NCBI RefSeq assembly: GCF_024521635.1 | Contig: NW_026250422.1 | Coordinates: 738,899-758,898 of the forward strand | Reading direction: 5' to 3' | Source of the DNA: Tricharina praecox | Taxonomy: Eukaryota | Length of the DNA stretch: 20,000 bases | Shown: positions 11,013 to 20,000 of the stretch, piece after piece | How the letters are laid out: each line of letters starts with the position of its first letter | Position numbering within the stretch: position 1 is the stretch's first letter | Notes under the pieces: generated by a model | What the model saw: the letters and a program-made list of their open reading frames with translations, nothing else | Databases searched by the model: none | What the model was told of the DNA's origin: nothing | Program-made: the position numbers and the translations under genes

Positions 11013-12054
11013 ATGTCCGACTCCAACTCCGGCCTCAACATCCTCTTCCTCGGCGGCGGGTGTACACTCCCCCCTCCCATACCGCTCCCGCACCTCCACT
11101 AACCAATCCCCAGCAATCGGCGCCATCTACGCCTTCCTCCTCTCGCGCTCCCCTCGCGGGCACACGATAACGGTCGCCGTGCGCAGCGCGTACCCAATCG
11201 TGTCGACGGTGGGGTACAGTATCTCCAGCGTTCTGCTGGGGGAGCACACGTACCTCCCGTCACGGGTGATCTCGTCACCTTCGCAACTCGCGCCCAGCGA
11301 AGCGTTCGACTACATCTTCATCACGACGAAAGCGACCTCTGGGCCACTGCCACTACACGGGTACCCGCTCTCCGCCAGCACCACCATCGTCCTGATCCAA
11401 AACGGCATTGGCATCGAGGAGCCGTACGTCGCCGCGTTCCCCGGTGTCCCCATCGTCAGCGGCGTGGCGTACATTGCCGCCGCGCAGCCGTCGCCAGGGA
11501 GGATAGTGCAGTCGACCGTATCGATGAGCCTGCAGGTGGGCGTGTACCCTGCGCGCGGCGGCGCGGGGGAAGAGGATCTTGGCGCGCTGGTGGGCACACT
11601 GAACGCCGCGGGGATCGCGTGCGTCGCACTGCAGGACCTGCAGGGCGCGCGGTGGCGGAAGCTGCTGTTCAACGCGTGCTATGCGACGGTGTGTGCGGTG
11701 ACGGGGCTGGATACGCACGAGGCGATGGCGGTGTCGGGGGCGCTGATCACGGGGCTCGCGGAGGAGGTCAGACTAGCAGCCAATGCGGCCGGGACAGTGA
11801 TGAAGCGAGAGGAGGTAGACAGGTTCTTTAATAAGACCGAGGGACTGAAGATGGTGCCCAGCATGCTGCAGGATAGAATCGCGGGAAGGGAGATGGAGGT
11901 CCGTGCCCTGTGTGGGAATGTGGTGGCGATTGCGAGGGAGTTTGGCGTCGTGGTGCCGAAGATGGAGGCTGTCTGGGAGGCACTGAAGGGCATTAATCGC
12001 TTGTTGGAACTGGAACGGGCGGGAAAGGCGGCGGGGACGGGGAGTACGCTCTAG
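11013..12054 (+). CDS. 2-dehydropantoate 2-reductase (ketopantoate reductase, PanE/ApbA family); exons 11013-11061 and 11114-12054 (329 aa)
   Basis: Splicing a 52-nt intron (GTACAC...CACTAAC...CAG) gives the Rossmann motif ILFLGGGSIGAIYA. Other family motifs: FDYIFITTKA, IVLIQNGIGIEE, catalytic Lys in RWRKLLFNA, and PSMLQDRIAGREMEV. Confidence 0.92.
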
Positions 12055-12904
12055 AAAGGAGGCAGGGGGGATGTAGATAGATGAGGTTGCTAGACTACTA
12101 ACTAACTGGCTGGTTTATGTGCATGCTCGTATCGTAAAAAAAGATAGCCATGACATTGAACGCTGACATGTAACACTACTAAGCTTCTCGGCTACTTAGC
12201 CAGCCCTACACAAGCGGCTTGCCACTGCTCCGATATGTAGATCACAGGCAAGGTATATACAGAGATTGGAAACCAATGGCAAGAGCAAGTCACACGGACG
12301 CACTCGCAAAAGTGATTGACCATGATCCAGAAACTCCCTCGGAAGCCGATTCGAGTCGGTTGCCCATGAACCTTACTATCCGTGTATTGGCATGGAATGG
12401 CCGGTACATAAGAGCACCGAGAGCGAGTGGGTGAACAAGATGTACTATGAAGTGTAGCTACGATTCAAATGCGTCCATTGAAAATATACTCCGCACAGCA
12501 GCACCGCCAGCCATTTCACCGCCTCGATACTGGTATCCTTTTCCAACTAAGTAGTTGCGGATACTAGCCCGTCTCCTGAGCACTCCAGGCTCCATCTCAG
12601 GACATCCAATGTATCGTCCCCCCTCTCCCATACTGCAGTGACGGATTGAAATCTCCGCTCCACTTCAAGCCCGCCCGGGTACTGAGAGGCCCTAGATGGG
12701 GGGTAGTTATGGAAAGAGAATTCAATCAATCGTAGAAGAGCGGCCTATCAACAGGAAGCTCAAGAAAATGTAGAGATCGCAACACAGAAAATATAACGAC
12801 ACAGAGCAGTGAGTAAAAAATAGATGCAGAGAAAAGAAAAACAGAAACAAGCACTTAGAAAGACAACTGGTCGCCACAGGTCAGCGAAGGTCCAGCCTCG
12901 AAGA

Positions 12905-13699
12905 CAGAGAAACTCACCTAAGGCGTGCTACGTCCTGTCCCTCACTACCCCCACTTATCGTCCCGATTCCCGAGCGAGGTCGCGAATTCCGACGACGAAC
13001 CTCTGCATCTCAATGGCGGATTTCCGCCAAGCTGCGAGACAAGGAGTCCCAAGACCCTAACCCCACAGACAGGATGTTCGTTGAGGTTTGGAATGCTGTG
13101 AATTGAGTGCTTCGGCCTCCACCAATTTCGCAGTTCGGCTTCCCCGGGAGCCGTGGCTCATCGATGAATGGTTGCAGTACTCATTCCAGTCGATTTTGGG
13201 CATTTCCACCAAGTTGGGTTGGTCGAGGAGGGGCCTTGAGGCCCGTCGGAAGGGATCAATGACGTCGGCAGCTATTCCCCAGTTGCCTCATTCATTCGCA
13301 GTGCATTGATGTTGTCACCTGCTTGCTTCCTGCGATACTTTCGCAGGAAGCACCGCCCGGGAGCCGGGGCTCCTCGGTGGGTTGTGGTGCTCATTCCGCT
13401 AATCATAGTCGAGTCGAGTCAGCGATCAACGCCCAAGTGCCAACATCAATCTGTTCTGTTCCAGCATGAGGACTTACTGTCCGTCTCCGAATCTGTCCGG
13501 GCCCGACTATGTCAGCGAGCATGTATGCTCGCTCAAGCCACCATAAACAGTGGTGGCCGGGCTACCGCCCGCGGTGGCACATGGTGTTGTTGGGGGAATT
13601 CGCAGGGCGCAGGGCGCGGCGCAAATTCGTGCGCGGTGGTGGTTAGGGAAGGCACTCATGTGCTGTGCAGGAATGAGCTGTGTGGTGGGATTTCTGGCG
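12905..13699 (+). ncRNA. Candidate telomerase RNA (TER/TR); ends approximate
   Basis: Template-like ACCCTAACCC (13054-13063). Pseudoknot from 13385-13391/13421-13428 crossed by 13397-13411/13504-13517. Perfect 10-bp helix 13305-13314/13441-13450 and perfect 12-bp hairpin 13324-13352. Nested end-to-end helices: 12982-12990/13595-13603 (9 bp perfect), 12939-12949/13638-13648, 12933-12938/13667-13672, 12908-12918/13684-13695. GTATGT 5' splice site at 13700. No credible protein ORF. Confidence 0.75.
13054..13063 (+). other. Putative telomerase template ACCCUAACCC (complement of GGGTTAGGGT, about 1.7 TTAGGG repeats)
   Basis: Exact complement of the TTAGGG repeat used by most Pezizomycotina. Unpaired in the nested-helix model and directly 5' of a helix (13065-13073/13450-13459) leading to the pseudoknot. 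Confidence 0.7.
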
Positions 13700-13713
13700 G
13701 TATGTTTTATTTG

Positions 13714-13932
13714 TAGTGTGGAGTGTGGATAGTGGAGTGTGGAGTGTGAAGTGAAGAGTATGAAGTGAAGAGTGTGAATTGTGGATCAAGCGGGGTGGAT
13801 TGTGGAGTGTGAAGTGAAGAGTGTGAAGTGCGGAGGGGGATGTGGGTTTTGTGGATTGTTGTGTGCGGGATGTGACGTGTGGATTGTTGTGTGGGGTTTA
13901 TTGTGTGTGGTTTGTGGAGTGATGGTAGTGGA
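13714..13932. repeat. Degenerate GT-rich tandem repeat (GTGTGGA / GTGTGAA / GTGAAGA / TTGTG units)
   Basis: Seen directly; begins immediately 3' of the structured RNA candidate. Confidence 0.85.
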
Positions 13933-15029
13933 TTCGTACGTCCAACCAAACTTGGTAACGGTCTTTTGAGGGTGTTTGATACCTGCGGTTACGACGTAGC
14001 CCGGGAAGGAAAGCGGCGAAGATGAAGGATAATAGAGAAGTTGAGGTTCTACATATTCAACTTCGAAGAATCATCTTATGTCTTCTCTGCCACTACAGAC
14101 TACATATCATATCTCCAATGTTCGGATCCACTGATCTGACTACCTGGACACTCCTCCTATCTTATCTGTCCCCCATCGATCCTACATTTCGCTCCTCTCA
14201 TGGTGGTGATAACAAGTTGTTATGGAAATATGTCCAACATGTCGTAGTAGCAGTCCAAGCTGATACACAACTGAGGTGTCGATGCAACAGTGCGAAGCAC
14301 CCAGATTCATTAAGGTATATTCTGAGCGGGTTTTAGAATTACATAGAGGTTTGCACTTTTGCGTGAAATCGTAACAGATCTTTATTTTGCTTTTCGGTGG
14401 TAACCACCTTGAGATCTGTAAGATACAAAGATGCCGCCTCTCTCCCCTTTACATGGGAACTACAGAGGGAAGCTCAATCACCTCTACTATCTGGCTTTTC
14501 CCGACAGTCCTCTGCCCATCTTCTGCTTCATCAAATTCCTTCCTGCGTCGGTCTTTTTCTCCTCTTCCGATTCATCAGCGCCAGAACTCGATCGTCCACG
14601 GCCGTCCGCCACCAAGCCTTGGACAAAACCCTGATTTCGAGCGTGTACCTTAGGTGTCCAAGTCGAAATACTGCTCCTTCTCACAGCAACAGCGTGAGGA
14701 AGACTAAGCAATTTTGTGCGCTGTACTGGCCAAAGGTATAGGTAGTTGATCCCCACACAAAACATATCATTATTAGTATATCTCACTCGCGTATCTGCAA
14801 ACGGCTACTATAGTGAATGCCCTTATTGGGTCGAGTGATCAGAATATTATCACGTGATATCGACCGTGAGGACGGGGACCGACCCGTCTGTCCCGTCCGG
14901 ACGATGGAGAACACTGTGTGCGGGATCGTAAACAAAAGTGGGAATGGTGAGTGCACATGGCATACCTAGGTACATAATGTACTACCTATGCGCGATGTTG
15001 ATCTGCCGCCGAGGGCTGAGATGAAGTTT

Positions 15030-15140
15030 ATTGAGTGTTGAGTGTTGCGTGTTGCGTGTTACGTGTTGCATGTTGTGGGAGTGGAGTGGAGTGGACTGAA
15101 GTGGAGGCCGGAGGGGAGGGGAGGGAAGGGGAGTAGGGTG
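15030..15140. repeat. Microsatellite cluster (GTGTTGC/GTGTTGA, GTGGA, GGGGA)
   Basis: Seen directly. Confidence 0.8.
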
Positions 15141-16292
15141 AAGTAACGGACTGACGGACGTAGCCCCGTGAGACTGATACCGCAGCGACGAAGATCCCGC
15201 ACCCCCCACCGTGAAAGTATCCCCGAGTGATACACCATGCCCTGCCCGAGGTCGATCTCCCACCTCCCCCACCCCCCCCCCACCTCTCCCACCTCTCCAA
15301 CCTTTGTGTATGTTCGGTCCGATCTTCGTTAGTCAAGCAGATGTATACCATCTCGGCGTGGCCACGCTGTAGTTAAGTTCGAGGGCACCGGTGAGTCAGT
15401 GAGTCGGTGACCGACCGGACAGAACGGCGGGTGGAGGAGAGTCGAGACAACCATTCCCGCACTCTACTGTAGCGCTGAGCTCATTGCGCTCGAGAGTGGA
15501 GATTCTCTTCATGGCCTGGGCTGCTCACATCACATCGTTCCATCAAGATGATAGGAATACCCCAAGCCATCAATTCACCGCCCATCCCCCATCCGCCCAT
15601 GACCTCAACAGTCAAGTAAAATCTAATGTACAGTACAGCTAAAGAAAAGAACGAAAGGCCAATGGTACATATGAAGAATACTGAAGGTAAAAAAATATGG
15701 ACAGAAAAGAAAAGAAACGAAAGAAAAAAAACGTAAGAAACAAATCCCTTGAAGAAAAGAAGAGAAAGAAAATTCAAATGCAGGTAATTCCCCCCCATAA
15801 CGCCATATCCCCGACCGACCCGTGTGCGCGCGCGAAACCAACGAGAAGCAAAGCAAACAAGCAAGCAAGCAGTTCTTTTTCCTGAAAATGGACAGAAAAT
15901 GGACTCGAAACAAAAACAAAATGACTTGAAAGGAAATTCGCGACGGTGTAAAATCTTGTGAGAAACCGGAAAGAAATTGAAAATGAAGATGGAACCGAAC
16001 CCCCTGAATAGCAAAGCATGGTAAGAATAAACACCTGTAATGAATGAAAGAAGCTGAAGGGTATACCGCAGTATGTAATGAAGTCACCGTATCAACACCA
16101 CCACAGAACCCCAGCCGAAGCGTCATGGTAAGAGGAAAGAAAAAGAAAAAAAAGAAAACCGAAAACCGAAGAAAAAAACAAAGGGAAATGTGTCGCAGTA
16201 ATCGTGTCGGATCCGGAACGGTAGGCGTATCATCAGACGTGCGAAAGTATCCATGAAACCAAGCACCCGATGAGGAGGACAAGAACGGATAG

Positions 16293-17957
16293 TCAGAGGA
16301 CCGTGCAGTTCGGCGCGGAAGCCCTTCAAGACGTCAGATGTATCCAATGAGTCCCGGTAAGTTAAACCCACCACCTGATTCGTTCTATGTTGTTGATCCA
16401 TTGGACGGTGATGAACAGCCGTTCTCGGACGCTCTGGGAGCAGATGAGGCGGTACTTTTCTTGATCGACGATGGGGAGAATGGATGCGACCCAGTAGGGA
16501 AGCAGGGTGGGGTCTTCCGGTCGAAGACCGAAGGTGAGCAGGACATTCGGGGACGCCCACGGCGAATTTATCGATATCATGCGATCACAGAAGTCGGCGC
16601 AGATCCGGAAGGCGTCCATGGTGGTTTGGCCAGGAGCTAGGGGAGAGGAATGCGGATGTCCCAGGTTCACGCCTAGGCACGACTGTTCGAACGCTTCCTC
16701 GTCCGCCAGAGGAAAGTCGTCAACTCGTTCCACTTTGGCGATGAGGTAATCATCGCGGTAACCCCACTTCCTGATTTTGAACTTCGATACGCCGACCGTC
16801 CAAATATGGCTGCGACCGTCGGCATAAACTTGGATGGATTCAATTTGGAGCATCGTTCCATACTCCATGAATGGAGTCCCCTCCGCGTCTCCTACCCCGT
16901 TGCTAACGAAGTTCGGAAGCACCATTCCGAACAGTTTGTCCCCTTCCCACGCCCGTTGGATCATCAACCGATACCGAGCCTCGAATATGAACAACGGTGT
17001 CGGCATTGAAGGGAAGGAACTGGCGCAAACGAATATTGGGGTCGTAAGGTCGTCCGCCTCGTCTTGAGGTTCAGCCGTGGTGTTGCTGGTGGCTCTATCA
17101 GCCAGCTCGCCCGGACATAGAACGACAAGGATCTCGGTAAGTCTTTTGTTGCTGGACTTTGCCGGTATATGTGACGGCAGTTGTAATTTCGTACGGCAAG
17201 ACGGACAATGTAGCGAATGGGCTAGGACTTTCTGTATGCATTGCCGACAGAACGTATGGCCACATTGCGTCGTAACCGGGTCCACCAGCAGAGCGTAACA
17301 GACTTGGCACTCCATCTCAGAGCAAGCGGCCTCCTTGATAGCCGCGAGGAGCTGGTGATCCGTTCCATCACCTTCCTTCTCCTCGTCGAACTCGATCTCC
17401 TCGTCGTAAGCCAATCGGCCGTCCTTCGCCAAGACATAGAGCGATCGTAATCGACCGAACCGCTTCTCCTGGGAGGAGTCGTCGGAGCCCATCTTCCCAC
17501 TTGCCAGCACACTGTTGAAATGCTCGACAACCTTCGCGAGCGTCACGTCCACGCCGCAATCCGCCAACGCATGTTCCTTCCGACAATCCCCGACAGCCGG
17601 ACAAATGAATCCCAGCTTCCTCTCCGGCAGATCCGGATAGCTCACACCACGGCGGACATAAGCTTCTGGCAGACAGCCCCGACAGGCGATATTTCCACAC
17701 GGCAACGCCATGGGATGACGGAGGGGCAGTGAACAGATGCTGCACTGCACCAAACGCACAATCTCTCGTGCATCCCGAAATGGATCGAATCCATTCGGGC
17801 ATGGTTGCCGTTGTTGCTGTTGCTGAGAACCACTAGTCTCGGACGCGGACTGGCCGGCCCCGACGCCTTCTGCGGACGTCATTGTGCCGGTGATTATTTT
17901 TTTGGTGGGTGATCGGGATATATCTCTCCCGGATGCACGCGAGAACCACGATGTCAT
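16293..17957 (-). CDS. crgA: LON peptidase N-terminal domain and RING finger protein (CrgA/LONRF-type putative E3 ligase); exons 17957-16372 and 16323-16293 (538 aa; alternative start ATG at 17882); C-terminal CaaX box CTVL
   Basis: Two RING fingers (CSICSLPLRHPMALPCGNIACRGC; CQVCYALLVDPVTTQCGHTFCRQC..CPSCR) and a LON substrate-binding domain (PIFVCASSFPSMPTPLFIFEARYRLMIQRA..KLFGMV..MEYGTML..DGRSHI). A 48-nt terminal intron (GTGGGT...TCTGAC...AAG, 16371-16324) yields ...RIRWASAPNCTVL*. Confidence 0.9.
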
Positions 17958-19875
17958 TACAGAGCGGAAAAAGAGTTGTCGGACCGAAGCGAACGCAGAG
18001 GTACCGAGAGATTGAAAGGTGGAAAGTCTGTAATGCGTAAGAAAATGTCCAGTATAGCTTTGGTATCTCGTTTATCTTTCAAGGAAGCTATGGGATCAAG
18101 TTCACGATTTGTGTTGAGAAGAAGCATGGAAATATCGTGATGTTTTTTATTTTTCAAGTTTCCAGGTACTTTCCTGGATGAGAACCAGGACGGGGGAGGG
18201 AGGGTGGAGATGTGTAAGCGGTGACATACCTGGGGTGGGTTTGGCCGAGCCAAAAGGTGGCTAGGGACCTTGAAGGTAAATGGTCGAGAGTAGTGGGTTT
18301 CCAAGGAGTCGCAGTAGTGGTTGAAGAGCGTTACTTTCTGCAGGGAGCTATCGACAAGGTGCGTTGTTGGAGGGTGGGGAGGAGTGGGGTTGAATATGTA
18401 GGAACAGCAAGAGAAAGAAGGAATACTATCCGGGGGCTGGGTGGGGGGGTGTGAAAGGGGAGCGAGGGTTTCGTAGGAACTGTTGTTGTGGTTTGTGGTT
18501 GTTGTAGTGGGGGAGGGAGGGGGTGTGTGAAGGTGTCTGGAGGAGGAGGGCAGTGGAATGGTTAAGAAGGATGGCCTAGAGAATTGTTCGAACTTGACTA
18601 CCCTGAAGGGTTTCTTTTCCATATGTATGATATATCGTTTTATCCTATGTAATATGCTGGATGACTGCCTACTCTATGCACCGGCGATCTACTACTATGG
18701 GTGGGCCAATATGATCGGGGTTCAAGCGGCGGAGGATTGTAGGTAGTCGAAGTGGGTTTTGACCCGGCTGGAGTTGCTGATGAGGTGGGTGGGTGGCCGT
18801 GGCAGTCAGTAGTGGATGATCGAAGCAGCAGCAGCGCGGCCAACCACATGGTGGAGGGGTATGGTGTAGAGGCGGCGGCGGCGGATGAGAAGCAACGGAG
18901 AACCGCAGAATATGATAACCAGTGCTAGTTAGTGGCGGAGTACGTATGCGTACTCCTAGGAGGACGAGTGTCAGGTGGGCGCTTCACGCTTGGGAAGGCA
19001 GAATACTCTAGACATAGAAGGTGCGGAGAAGGCATTGAGCAGCAGACGACGCTGAGCAGAAGACGACGACTCCGGGAAGGAGACGATTGCGCATAGAAAG
19101 CGACCATCAGAAAGCGACCATCATCGTTCTTTCTCTTCGTCTTCCCTGCGCGGAATGGCAAGGTAGTTGGATCATGCAGAGTCGTCCTGTAGTGCATAAC
19201 TGAGTTGTGGCGCCGGGAAAATGTGAGATTACAACTAAAGCCCGAGATCGGCCACCTCGAGAGATCTCGACGTGCGATCTCGAACACACCGCTGCATCTT
19301 GTTTGCACGTCGCCCATTTCCTCAGCCTTGTCTTCTTCTGCGCCCCTTCTTATTCTTCAGCCTTGTATTCTGCTGCCCAACCCCCTTCTTCACCCTATCT
19401 TCTCCTGTCTAACCCTTTCCTCCTCCTCCAGGACGTCGGTAATCAAGCTCTCGTTCGGACGCCTACCGAGCTGTGGCTGCATGTGAGTACATGGAATCCC
19501 CAAGCCCAGCCGATCTCGCAAGCCCACGCCCATCATCATCGCTCCGGCGTCCGCAGGACCGCAGCTGCCATTCGTACATACATTTACAGACATCTATTAC
19601 TAGTAGTACCCACGTCTGCGACTAGGCAGAGTATCTACCGTAGATACGCTTAGGCACCAACCAACCTAACCCATCCCTCCGCTCCCCGGTCGATTCGCGC
19701 GCAAAGTCAACTAGAGATACAGCCCGACAGCACTCCGAAAAAGATAGAAGACCAGAGTAAAGTCGATATAGTAATTGCATAGTGCTGAGTTAGACGCAGC
19801 CTCGCCTTGCGCCAATCAGTAAAATATCATCCGGTAACCGAGTATCGTCTTCTTCCCTCAATCTCCGGATACATC

Positions 19876-19914
19876 GTGTGTGTGTGTGTATGTCTCCGTG
19901 TGTGTGTGTGTGTG
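19876..19914. repeat. (GT)n dinucleotide microsatellites
   Basis: Two TG runs seen directly. Confidence 0.85.
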
Positions 19915-20000
19915 CGCCGTGTCGAGTCGTGTCGTGGTGTATGTGCCCCTTGTTGCAGCTTGCGTGTATGTGTATGTACTCTGTCTGTCTATCTACCCCA

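Noticed and set aside
12905..13700. RNase P/MRP, U1/U2, U3 or snR30 as the identity of the structured RNA
   Set aside because: I could not find the P4 strands (GGAARUUCGG/GAAAGUCCCC with the matching 3' CR-V), the U1 ACUUACCU or U2 GUAGUA in context, or the snR30 m1/m2 motifs. Template plus pseudoknot fits TR better.
13306..13716. 136-aa ORF and other short ORFs over the structured segment
   Set aside because: No domain resemblance and Cys/Arg-rich composition typical of non-coding frames.
14000..14800. Possible decayed gene or transposon relic
   Set aside because: Complex sequence, but no recognisable domain, terminal repeats or consistent frame by eye; BLASTX would be needed.
15481..16282. 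Phe-rich and Lys-rich ORFs of 177-219 aa
   Set aside because: Products of the T-rich probable 3' UTR of the crgA-like gene.
18925..19653. ORFs of 60-148 aa upstream of the crgA-like gene
   Set aside because: No domain similarity, and apparent protein-like stretches are broken by stops.

Overview
Eukaryotic (filamentous ascomycete-like) genomic DNA with short GT-AG introns. It holds four protein-coding genes: (1) the 3' ~4 kb of an ATR/Mec1/Rad3-type PIKK kinase (+, ends 3993); (2) a six-exon DOMON/CDH-cytochrome plus cytochrome b561 membrane protein (+, 8661-10558); (3) a two-exon ketopantoate reductase, PanE/ApbA family (+, 11013-12054); (4) a RING-RING-LON-N (CrgA/LONRF-type) protein whose hidden 31-nt last exon adds a CaaX box (-, 17957-16293). 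The most notable element is an unannotated, densely base-paired ~0.8 kb segment at about 12905-13700 (+) with the architecture of a telomerase RNA. It has a 10-nt ACCCTAACCC template for TTAGGG, a vertebrate-like pseudoknot, nested long-range helices joining the 5' and 3' ends, a three-way-junction candidate, and an Sm-like site with a 5' splice site at the 3' end. All pairings were found by eye and were not computed. The remaining intergenic DNA is low-complexity and rich in microsatellites and palindromes.
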